Below, piece after piece: positions 1-9,672 of a DNA stretch of 28,582 nt. The notes under the pieces are model-generated. The model was not told the origin of the DNA. It searched no databases and was given only the letters and a program-made list of their open reading frames with translations. Source of the DNA: Anthoceros angustus. Taxonomy: Eukaryota; Plantae; Anthocerotophyta. Location: assembly GCA_010909165.1 (NCBI GenBank), contig VJWM01000374.1, positions 1-28,582 on the forward strand, written 5' to 3'. Numbering within the stretch: position 1 is the first letter of the stretch; each line of letters begins with the position of its first letter. The position numbers and the translations under genes are program-made.

Positions 1-384
1 CCGTCCTTAGTCTCCTCCTGGGGTTGTCTCTCCCACCACCCCAACCGCCCTCCAGGGTATACTACCGGACCCCGGCTCCTTCATCCTCGCCAGCCTCCGG
101 CCCCGACTCCCATCAGCCTCCGCCCCACGGCACTGACCCCTTAGTCCGGGCATCACCGGCGAGTGGCTCACCACGGTAGTCCGGCAGACTCACTGGTAGG
201 CTGGTCACCCCACCGTGGTAGGTTGACCCCTGTGAGGGTGGGCTTCCTCCTGCCTCCTCCGCGCCACCTTCTACCTTTGGCGCCACGCCTTCCTCGACTC
301 TCGATTCCTGAGTCCATTTCACCGATGGCCTCATCAAACGGAGGCCTCCGCTGCACCTCAGCTCCTTTCTCATCATCATGAGGA

Positions 385-524
385 TGTCTTTCTTAGCACA
401 TAGCGGTATGGCATCTTTCTCTCGTGTATGTGTCATCCTATCCTACACCTTGCTCATATGCTTATTCAGGGACAATCATGCAAGCTTTATTTCACTCAAG
501 TGAGGTTAGTTCACCCCAAATGGC
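385..524 (-). repeat. Terminal repeat B2 (3' end of element 1)
   Basis: 400-524 (ATAGCGGTATGGCAT...TTCACCCCAAATGGC) is a direct repeat of 1032-1158; 385-399 carries the TGTC terminus. Confidence 0.85.
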
Positions 525-1020
525 AAAACGCGTTGATAATCCTCCCAAGCACTCTCATGAAATGCGAAGCCAGCAATCGCTTTCGTTGAGACCTTAGGGC
601 AACCTCGCCGACACTCCTCTATCCTGTGCTCACACTCGCCACCCCAGCGGAGTCAGAGCTGCCCTCTCTCGAGGCAAACATCAGCAATCCGCCGCGCACT
701 GCGGATTGCTGCCCCTTAAAACCACCACCGCTTTCGGCGAACGCGAATCGATCACGGGTAAGGCGGACGTGGCGCCCGCCCAATCCTTGACGACACGTGA
801 CGGCCAGATCACCGAACCCCGACCGACGCCGTGACCGTGCCGCGATCATCAACCCCGCCAAGCCTGCGGTGACCGCGATCACTGGCGCTTCATGCTCTTA
901 TGCGAACATGCCGTGGCTCCACCTATGACTATACACATGCTGCTCCACATGCCATCATGCCTATCACCACACACATGCATCCTTTCTCCTACGCCCATAT
1001 CCACAGCGATATGCCATGAC
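525..1020 (-). repeat. LTR-like repeat A2 of element 1
   Basis: Direct repeat of 9185-9672. It is near-identical over the CTTCATGCTCTTATGCGAACATG...GATATGCC block (~888-1015 vs ~9541-9658) and more indel-rich elsewhere. Confidence 0.85.
679..721 (-). promoter_or_regulatory. Putative promoter in repeat A: TATA-like TTTTAA ~26-31 nt upstream of a conserved GGATTGCTGATG motif, with a 10-bp inverted repeat
   Basis: AGCAATCCGC (683-692) / GCGGATTGCT (701-710) form a perfect stem. The equivalent site in element 2 has TATAAA at 24269-24274 and GGATTGTTGATG at 24234-24245. The transcription start is inferred. Confidence 0.5.
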
Positions 1021-1031
1021 GGCGCGCGAAG

Positions 1032-1158
1032 ATAGCGGTATGGCATTTCTCTCGTGTATGTGTCATCCTATCCTACACCTTGCTCATATGCGCTTTATTC
1101 GGACAATCATGCAAGCTTTATTTCACCCCAAGTGAGGTTAGGTTCACCCCAAAATAGC
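1032..1158 (-). repeat. Internal repeat B1 of element 1
   Basis: Direct repeat of 400-524, lying between the extra ORF stop (1209) and A2. Confidence 0.85.
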
Positions 1159-1208
1159 CCCCAAAGTCGGCCACAATTGATCTTTGGTTGTGTGACGCTT
1201 TGGACACT

Positions 1209-2045
1209 TCAAATACCATAAAAGCGCCGGTAAAACCGTCTGAACATACCGTCACGCAGCTGAGGCTCTGAGGGTTTGTCATGTTGTAACCCTCCTGTTG
1301 CCAATAGGGCCGCCACTCGCCGCTCCTCGGGATCAAAATATTCATCAACCTGTGCCTTGCCTAATCGCTGCCGCTCCCTAGCGCGATGTCGAGCCAATAG
1401 TTCTTCCTCCTCATCACTGTCCAGCTCGGTCTTGACCCTGGGAAGTTGTGGCCCATTTAATCCGTTTACATAATATTGCTTTTCAAGTACCTGCCCGCAG
1501 AAATCCCCACATTGCTATTAAGGAGATACCAACATTCAGACGTTGGTTCGTCCCACTCTAACACTCCCGTCCTCAAACATGCAAACACCACAGCAGAAAG
1601 CCACAGGAGGTAGGGATGGCATCTGGCCCGCTCTTTCCGATGGGTATGAGCCATACCTTTAAAATTGCGCCGTCTGGCTTCTCTTCTTGCCGATACATGA
1701 GGAAGCCTTCCTTGGGCGATGATCGAAAACTTGGTGCATAAGCGGATGATGCTCCGGTTGCGAAAGGCATACAATAAGCGGGTCCACCACAGTTTTGTTC
1801 ATGCCCGACTGCGAGTTCAAAAGGTCCTTGTGATCATAGGAAAATTCTCCACCGGACATGTCTCATGATGCGATTCCACATATAACAAGAGGCTTGCAAT
1901 TCGAGAAAGGTTTCCGGCGTTCGAGCTTGCGGTTGATACTTGCGTACCAGCAGGTTGCGCCACTTGTCCTCCACGGTCGGTGCAGAAATTGAGGCTGCTG
2001 TGAGCCATCCTGCGGCGAGTCACACATGTGGACCTCCAAATCCAT
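1209..2045 (-). CDS. Conserved extra ORF of unknown function in the env-like position (~280 aa, frameshifted)
   Basis: Stitched from ORF-track fragments 1863-2045, 1817-2095, 1659-1859, 1573-1770, 1466-1774 and 1209-1397. It aligns with 24747-25578 of element 2 (EDKW..LVRKY, ETFLELQA.LLYVESHHETC, YDH[KR]DL, TGVLEWDE, NVGI, YVNG, EEEL.ARHRA, MFRRFYRRFYGI*). The start codon is uncertain. Confidence 0.7.
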
Positions 2046-2644
2046 GTCAACCCCGACAACGCCGCCCTACACTTGCACTTGTGTTTGGCCCTCAATGCTT
2101 CATAATCAAACTAGGGCAACTCGCCCCACCTCCGACTTCCGTAGCGTGATGGCGTCCGTCGTGGATGCCCCCACGACTCCGATTTCTCAGCAGTGCAATT
2201 GGTGCTGTACAACCCTACATCACCTCCTCAGATGCCCCTTTCTTAAGGCACCGTGATTACCACCAATCGGTTCAAGTGCACAAGTACACACCCGATTGTC
2301 AGAGGGCGCCTCTATGGCCTCCTCCGCGCCAGCAAAGAGGTATGCCCGTGCGGGCCTCCGTGGCCCGAGCACCTCAGCCAACACCGCACCTCCTTCACCC
2401 TACGTGCTGCCGCCTCGTGCACGCCGGTACAAGGCTGCTGGTTAATGTGAGACCATCTTGTATTCCTCGTGGCGTCTGCCACTCCTTCGCTTCCAAACCC
2501 CGCGCCCGCTATCGTGGCGTGTCGGTGCTTGTGTGTAACACACATGGGTTTTCATGCCATTTTGCCCTATGGCGCGTGTCGGCTTCGCGGAGGCGGTTTT
2601 AGGCGAGCCATTGCCGCCCCCAGCCATTTCTTGATCGCTGAACA

Positions 2645-2775
2645 TCACCGATGGCATTCCACGCCATCGGTATCACCGTGAGGCGGGGGCAAACCACGCA
2701 TGGTACCCTCGGTTACATTTGTCACAAACAACATCACCGGATCCGTGATGTGGCCACGATTCCAAGATAAATCAA
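2645..2775 (-). CDS. PHD finger C-terminal to integrase (frameshifted)
   Basis: Alternative frame reads VVCDKCNRGYHAW, followed by PPP..VIP.G.ECHR. This is the C4-H-C3 PHD pattern, and element 2 has the same domain at the same position. Confidence 0.7.
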
Positions 2776-2799
2776 GCGGAGGCTGCCGGGCTGGTTGAG

Positions 2800-3860
2800 T
2801 CACAGTGTCTAGGTTGGGCAAATGACATGGTGCTAAGTGGCGCATGTGCTCCTTGCACCGTCGCCCGTCCTGGCCCTCCAGCTCAATCACCCCTTGTTCA
2901 CCCACACTTACCACTCGTAAGATTAATCGTCCGGTGCTTACATCCAACGTACTCGACGGTCGGTGTTGTAGATACACAAAGTCCCCTTCTTCGAATTTTC
3001 TTGCTTTGGGCTTCCATGATCCTCCGCGTGGCGTGCCGGAGTTGGTCTCGGTGTTGTCACGCTAGTTGTCCATAGCCATTGGCATCACCCGCTGAAAAAG
3101 CTTCGCTCGCTCTTGCAACTCCGTGAGGCACTGCTCCGGACACTGTGCCCAATCCACCGGTCGAGAATAAGTGTCCGCCACAATATTTGGCATCACGGCA
3201 TTCCGTCCGAACATGATGTAGTACGGACTGAAGTTGCCCAGCGCTGCCTGTACGCTGATCCTGTACCCCAATGCCACGTATGGCAGTAACTCATCCCAAC
3301 ACTCGGGTTCGATCTCAGTGCAATACTTGCGGAGAGAGTCCTTGAAAGTTTGCACCAACCGCTCGGCCAACCCGTCAGCTTGAGGGTGGTCTCGGGAGGT
3401 GCGGCGATGATCTATCGACTTGATCCAACGGTGTTTGAAATTCACCTCGGCTTCGTTGCCTTGGTCCGTCAACACTTAGCGGCTCCCATATCGGCTACAC
3501 ACTGCGAAATGTCCTTGCAGTATACTTGGAGCTTCTAATCGGCAGAAAGGCCAATTCCACCCATTTCGAGAAGTGCTCTATCATCAACATGCAATGCTTG
3601 TTACCTTGCCTAGTTGTGGGTAGTTCGGGCATCAAATCGACAGACCACCTGAAAAACAATCCTCTGATGGGCAGCGAGTGCAACACCACGTCCTGGCTGT
3701 TGAACCTTGCTTTCACCGCATCACAGGCAGCGCATCGCGATACCACCTGCTCCACATCAGCATACATGCCAGACCAAAAGTATGCGGTTTTCAGCATGTG
3801 ATGCGTTCGCTTCACACCAAAGTGTCAGCATCTTGTGCACCTTGGTCACCAATGGTTTCC
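2800..3860 (-). CDS. pol: Retroviral-type DDE integrase (HHCC zinc domain, core, C-terminal part; frameshifted)
   Basis: HFGVKRTHHMLKTAYFWSGMYADVEQVVSRCAACD, WSVDLM, EHFSKWVE, LTDQGNE, HPQADGLAERLVQTFK, WDELLPYVALGYR, SPYYIMFGR. Confidence 0.95.
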
Positions 3861-4129
3861 TTTCTTCCACGGGTGGCACCTCTTTGTTGATCCCTCGATC
3901 GACTATGAGCACCTTACCATCCTTGTACGCATAGCGAGCAATTCTTCAGCTTTTGGAGAGATACTTCATCCAAATCAGGCACATATCCGTCTCTCAGTGA
4001 ATGGCGTGTTCGAGCTTCCATATGTCTCGAGTCCCTTCCGATGGTTCTGTCGTTCTCTTCTATAGCCATCATGCGAGCACATCTTGGCCTATTCGAGTCT
4101 TGTCGTGATGGTGTCGCCGCCCACACGGG

Positions 4130-4540
4130 TTCTGCGAGCCCATCCGCATTGAGATGCACTTTTCCTGCCCGATGCACAATCTGCATATCATATTCTGACA
4201 ACAACAAGGCCCATCTGGCGAGCTTCCCGCTCAGCTTCATGTTAGTCATTAGCCAGTGCAGGGGTTGATGGTCTGTGACCAGCTGAAAGCTTCGACCAAA
4301 TAGTACACTCTAAAGTGCAGGACCGCCCACACGGCAGCGAGACATTCTCCTTCATAAGACGAGTAGTTGGCCTCTGCGGTGTTGTTCGATCTACTTGCAT
4401 ATGCCACGACCCTCTCTCTTCCTTCCTCATCCGCCTGTGCGAGCACGGCCCCTATGCCTACTGCACTCCAGTCCGTATACAAAACGAAGGGCCTTTCGAA
4501 GTTGGGCCTTCTAAGCATTGGCCTTTCTGCCAGCTGCTCT
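4130..4540 (-). CDS. pol: RNase H domain (Ty3/gypsy type)
   Basis: PFVLYTDWSAVGIGAVLAQ, VVAYASRS, NYSSYEGECLAAVWAVLHFRVY, KLARWALLLSEYDMQIVHRAGKVHLNADGL. Confidence 0.95.
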
Positions 4541-4599
4541 TTTAGCTCCTGCCATGCTTGCTCTGCTCCTGCCCCCAGTGCCAATGGACATCTTTTTTA

Positions 4600-5260
4600 A
4601 GCAACTCATACAACGGCTTGCAGGTGCCGCTCATGTTTCTTATGAACCGGCGATAATAGTTCACTAGCCCTGTGAATGCCCTCGTGGCCACATCCTTGGG
4701 TCTAGGCATGAGATTCCTTGCACCTTGGGTGTGGCAACACTCCTCGGTACAATTTGTGCCCCAAGTAGTCGATCTCTCGGTAGCAAATTTGCATTTTCTT
4801 GGATGGGCTTTCGGCGGTTGTGTTTGTAACATCTCCAAGTGCTCAAGGTGTTCTTCCAAACTATCGCTGAACACCAGGATGTCATCGATGTAGCACTTGA
4901 CAAACGCCAGTCCTTGCAGCTCCAAGTCTGCTACCCGTTGAAAATATATGGACGCGTTCTTTAATCCGAATGGCATGGTCTCCCATTCCCATAACTGCTC
5001 CTTGCCCCAAAATGCCGTCTTACACCTGTCTTTCTCCTCAATCACAATCTGGTTGAATCCAGACCGAAAGTCAAGTGTGGTGAAGTATTTGGCTTCGCCG
5101 ATGGCGTCAAAGATCTCGTCAGGGGTAGGCATGGGATACCGTTCCATGGGCGTTATCTCATTCAGGGCTCGATAATCCCCACACATTCTCCTGTCCTTCC
5201 ATTCCCCGTGTTCATCCTTTTTGAGCGGAAGCACAGTGGCTGCAGCATATTGCGAGGTTG
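4600..5260 (-). CDS. pol: Reverse transcriptase (Ty3/gypsy type)
   Basis: ORF 4542-5318: RMCGDYRALN, YFTTLDFRSGFNQI, KTAF, MPFGLKNA, catalytic YIDD (4881-4892), FTGLVNYYRRFI. Confidence 0.97.
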
Positions 5261-5677
5261 ACTTCCTGATCGACCAGCCTCTGCCAGCTCCTGGCACCGT
5301 TTGTCCACGATGTCCCACTCCATGGGGCTCAACTTATGTCTTCGTCGGAACACGGTTCATCGGTGGTGGTGGTGATCTTGAACTTGATGCGATCATATCG
5401 CCCCAATTCGGCCCAACTGAACGCAAAGGTACCTCGGTTTCTGAGTAGCATTTCCGAATCTTTTGCTGCTCAGCCGGTTGCAGCTCTTCACATATTTGCC
5501 ACTCATCGTCCGGACTTGCGTGGTTCTCTTCCGGTAGCAAAGGGGCAGCCACTGCTGTATGAACGGCTCGCTCTGGCTTCTCGCGTGAGGATCAGATCTA
5601 TCTTTGTCGTCACATATGAGCAGACGCTCCCTGCTGTCCTTTTGACACATGGCCAGCTGTATGGCCAACCCTGTAGT

Positions 5678-6564
5678 CAGCAACCATTGCATACAAGTGA
5701 TATCAAAGGCTTGCCCGATCAATCTGCACCGGAAAGATTGACACGCGGTGCCTGCACCATATCCCATGGCCCGCTCTCGTTCGGTCACCGTGGGCTCCCC
5801 AACTTCATTTCCCTCGCTGTCGCACCATGCCTCCTCCTCCTTTCCTGAACGCATAGGATTGGATGGTCTTGACAAGCGTGGGCCAGGCCCTTCTTGGCTT
5901 TCCAACCACATTCACCGGGTAATGAGGCAGTTTGTCCCTCTTACGCACTTGTTGTGAACATCGCCCAGGCTCCAGGATGTCATCTACACAACGCTGTTCT
6001 GGTACCGTCAACTGCCGGTGATGCCTCAGGTTGGTCACACTACCCACATTGGTCCAGAAACTTCGTACCCGGTGTGCATATGAGCCGGTTTGCACAGCAT
6101 CGACAATGAACTCTTCTCCCAGCCAACCTCTGAGTTGCGCATATTGTCTTCTCACACACTCGCGCTTGTCAAAAGCACCACACACATTTTCAAGCAGCAG
6201 GGGGTTGGTCTTACACTTCACCGCAGGATCGAATGACCTCCGCCAGTTCCATGCCATTGCAGGCCACGCCCAGCTTGGGAGAAGGTCTTGCACTCCCATC
6301 CTGCGATCAACATGTCTCCGTACCAATGACCCCAGGCGCCGGCTTACCCACGGTCGGATGTCCGCGGGCCTTTGCTCACGCGACCTTTAATGGCTTCCCT
6401 GCTCAACAAAGTGGGGTTCTCCTTTGTAGCGAATGATCCTGGCCTTAGCCACCGCGCGTCCTTTCATCCAGCTCGACACACGTGTACTTCACGGTGAATA
6501 CCACTTCTTAGTGCGCTTCCAACCACTGCGATCCCGTCGAGCACAGTTCCATCAAGTGAATGCC
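5678..6564 (-). CDS. C5 cytosine DNA methyltransferase domain, DNMT3-like, embedded in pol between protease and RT (frameshifted)
   Basis: Motifs in canonical order: I GIHLMELC..G (~6564-6530), II VKYTCVELDE, III ADIR, IV DMLIAGWECKTFSQAG (Cys at 6290-6292), VI LLLENV (6183-6191), VIII DAVQTGSYAHRVRSFWTN, IX EPTVTERERAMGY, X RCRLIGQAFDITCMQWLL. Motifs VIII-X resemble DNMT3 (DAKEVSAAHRARYFWGN; TEMERVFGF; RQRLLGRSWSVPVIRHLF). Confidence 0.88.
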
Positions 6565-6849
6565 TCGTCCATCCGCTGCCCATTGAATCACCTTGTTGTT
6601 GATTCGCAGCCTAGCCGGGTTCAAGGCCGGCATCTTCGGCAGGCTCTTCTCCGGACATAAGCGGGTCGCCGGCATTAGAGGTCCCTCGTCGGTGTCTTCG
6701 CATCACCGCCCTGCTGTGGAGTTCTTTTGATACACAGGCGGGCACTTACCTCACGACCCTCACCGTGACTCTTCCCTCATTAATTCCTCGGTCTCTTCCC
6801 AAACTTGGCTCTATGGCGCTTCCCTCTGCGTGTCGACCACCGCGATGTC

Positions 6850-7240
6850 TTTGCTGGTTCCTCGGCTCTTTTCATGCTAAGTGGAATCCTGGCCATGTGC
6901 GAGAAATCCCCATCTCTCCACCGAGGTCGGTAGAATGCCACTGAATGTAGTGGATCCACCCCCATCGCCGGTCCATGCGTGGCGTCAGCTCCGAGTAGCA
7001 CATCATAGTTGCTGGCACTTGATACCAGGCAATGAACCTCAATGACCGAAGCATCCTTGGTGCCTGGTTTGAACTCTATGCGGATGGGGTCTCGAGTGAT
7101 CCCCATTACTTGTTCTTTGGTGCGCCCGGCGTAGTGATCGCACCTCAGGGGCTTCAACTTTGTCCCCATACGGTGGAGTGCCTTACACTTTCGGGCACCA
7201 AGCAACTTGGATCCGCACTTTTATGTCTACCGGCACATTC
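6850..7240 (-). CDS. pol: Retropepsin-like aspartic protease (frameshifted)
   Basis: The C-terminal hydrophobic-Gly motif NYDVLLG is in ORF 6780-7205. A degenerate active-site region (VD..ADP) lies near 7215-7235. Position between gag and RT fits. Confidence 0.65.
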
Positions 7241-7699
7241 GAGGGCGAACCCATTCCGTGACACGGTTGTCCACCTTAGCGACTCCCCTTTGCCTCACCG
7301 GTGGCTTCGGATGTTCACCACACAAGCTAGTGAGCCCGGACACCACCTCGACTCCGGCATATGCTTTCTTCATCCAATCCTGCATTGCCGACCTGAATGT
7401 TTGTGGCTTGACTCCCAGCTCGCGCAAGCTGACCATGGGCACATCCAACGCTTTGTCCAACAACTCTATGTCCGGCGACTTCCTTTCTGGGGGTTTGAAG
7501 ACTTCGTGATCTTCCAGTTGTCTAAAGGACGCGGGCATTTTGAGTTGATTCCTAGCCCCGGCCCCCTTTCTCTTGATACCCTCTCCCATGTCAAGGTGAT
7601 TTTTCATACCGGTGTTTACCCCCATGGTCATTAGTGCGTACACCTCCTGATCTGAATCGTACTCTTCACAAGTGGCATTCGCGACTCCTGGTGTGCTGG

Positions 7700-8760
7700 C
7701 ATTCATGGCCAACTGCTCCTGGAGGCGATGCACCTCACTAAGCAGTGCCTTCCGAGTATAGTTCATTGATGATTTCATCTTATCACCCTGCCGATCCCCA
7801 ACTCCTTTGGGCTTGAGTTGGGTGACCTTGCCAAGCCGTGTGGCCCATTACAGCCTGAGTCACGGTTCCTTCTCCTTCGCTCCACCACTCGATACCACTT
7901 TCGGATGCTGCATGCGCACCTCCACCGGAACACTTCATCATGGCCTTGGCATTCACGCCTTTATTGTGCGTTCCCTAATAGAGCCTCTCGGTTATGCTCC
8001 CTTGTCCATTGAGCGGTCCTCCCATGCGCCTTGTGGGCATTCGCAGCATGCTGATGCCCTTTGACGAGATTGTGCTCTTCCCAATATGCACTAGTCACGG
8101 CATCCCCTTTCATGACCCTCTCTGCCATTTCATAGGCCTGATCCAGCTCATAATCCGCACCATGCATCATGTGCAGAAAGTTGGCAATCACTCTTCTCTC
8201 TTCCCGGGAGGCGGCTATGTAGATTTGGGCGGCTTCCCGCATCGTCTTTACGCGAGTGTCCTTTACCAATTGCCTCAATCTTAGATACGCCGACCTGAGT
8301 GGTTCATTGGGCTTGATGACGAATCTCGACAACTCCTGGATTTTCTCTATGGAGGACACTGGGAACATTTCCGCGAACTTGTTGAACATCTCATCCACCA
8401 AAAACGTAATGGCGGCCTTGCGTCTGCTGGATGAGCGTCCCTCTTAGTCTCCTTTAGCGTCCTTTTGGCTCACATGCACCGTGCCAAGGGACCGTGCATC
8501 TTGAGAATAATCAGTCCTTACAATCAGCATGGAGTGCTTCTCGGCCAAGAAGTGCTCATTTTCCTCAAGGCCATCTCGGAGTGAACTCCGATTTGTACTT
8601 GAGGACCATCATCAATCGTCCCAGATTTCTCTTGAAGTCAATAGCGACATCTGTAGTCGTGAAGACGTCATTTTACTAGGTGCTGGCTCATATTCCATCC
8701 TGATCTCTCCACCGCTGTCTTCAAATGCGATGGAGCGAATGGGGCTTCTACTCCACTCAA
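7700..8760 (-). CDS. gag: gag-like capsid protein (frameshifted; boundaries approximate)
   Basis: ORF 7961-8401 (KIQELSRFVIKPNEPLRSAYLRLRQLV...YELDQAYEMAERV) has the retrotransposon Gag pattern L..F.Q..NE....Y..R...L and lies 5' of the protease. Confidence 0.7.
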
Positions 8761-9181
8761 ACTGACCGGCGCTCCTGCGACCCAAGGAATGTTGGGCTGG
8801 GGCTCTGGCGCTTCACCGGGGTGCTTTCGTTTTATCCAACACGTAGAATACCATCACCGTGTCAATCTCGCCCCCTGCGTGACACTATATGGCATTCGTC
8901 CAAAGTTAGTGTTGGTCCCGCCGTTAGTCGATCCGCCGGCCAGCCAATTTATCCACCACTTCTTCCTCCCGGCCTTTACGGGTAAGAAGGTTCTATCTCG
9001 CCAAGAGGCCCCGCTAACTCTGATGGAGCGGCAGCATAAAACAGCGAATAATCCACGATGCTCTGCAAAGCCCACCACCGCTTGGGCTTGGCATCCGTGG
9101 GCCCCCACGGCTCGTCGATGGTGATAAGGCGCTCATGGTCTCACTATGGGTGGTCGTATGTCGGGGACTCGGGATTGCTAA

Positions 9182-9672
9182 TGTAAAACGCGGTCGGTAA
9201 TCCTCCCAAGCACTCTCATAAAATGCGGCTTGCGTATCGCTTTCGTGAGACCTTGGGCCTCGCCGACACTCCTCTATCCCAAGCTCACACTGCCACCCCA
9301 ACGGGAGCTGTATGGCTGCCCTCTCTACTGGGCAAACATCAGCAATCCGCCTCGCATCGCCAGTTCGCCGCCCTCAAAACACCTACACCTTTCGGGCGCA
9401 TCGATCACGGTGACGGACGTAGCCTCTATCCCGGTTGACACCGTGACCGCGCCGCGATCACCGAACCGACCGGCGTGGCCGTGACTGCGTGATCCACGAA
9501 CCCGGTAGCGCCCGTGACCGTACCCGCGATTACCGCTGCGCTTCATGCTCTTATGCGAACATGCCGTGGCTCCACCTATGACTATTCACATGCTGCTCCA
9601 CATGCCATCACCACACACATGCATCCTTTCTCTTACGCCCATATCCACAGCGATATGCCAGTTGCCATGACA
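9182..9672 (-). repeat. LTR-like repeat A1 (5' end of element 1)
   Basis: Direct repeat of 525-1020, bounded by TG (9182) and GACA (9672). No copy of repeat B lies on either side. Confidence 0.85.

Larger units (their letters stand above)
385..9672 (-). mobile_element. Ty3/gypsy-type retrotransposon (element 1) carrying a C5 DNA methyltransferase, PHD finger and extra 3' ORF, with split direct repeats
   Basis: Plus strand starts TGTC (385-388) and ends GACA (9669-9672). It is flanked by AGGA at 381-384 and 9673-9676 (4-bp TSD). Minus-strand domain order gag-PR-(DNMT)-RT-RH-INT is the Ty3/gypsy order. Confidence 0.9.

Noticed and set aside
1001-1016. tRNA PBS (TGGCATATCGC) just after B1
   Set aside because: Only TGGCAT is shared with element 2, the rest diverges, and I cannot match it to a tRNA 3' end.
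521-1020. Conventional 3' LTR ending at TG 521
   Set aside because: No TSD at that boundary (CAAA vs AGGA); the perfect TSD and TGTC terminus are at 381-388.
1209-1400. Extra ORF as a tyrosine recombinase (HRAR resembles HxxR, with a later His and Tyr), which would explain the split repeats
   Set aside because: Spacing from HxxR to the next His and to Tyr is much longer than in lambda Int or Cre, and no box I Arg context was found. It is not supportable without a profile search.
1810-1880. Extra ORF as a TET/JBP or other 2OG-Fe(II) dioxygenase (H[KR]D)
   Set aside because: Only the HxD triplet matches; no convincing distal His/Arg strand pattern was seen.
5336-7634. Long plus-strand ORFs (5336-5848, 6031-6390, 7032-7634)
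   Set aside because: They are antisense to pol, with no recognisable motifs, as expected in GC-rich coding DNA.
7800-7960. Gag CCHC zinc knuckle
   Set aside because: Only partial Cys/His residues appear across frames; it cannot be reconstructed reliably.
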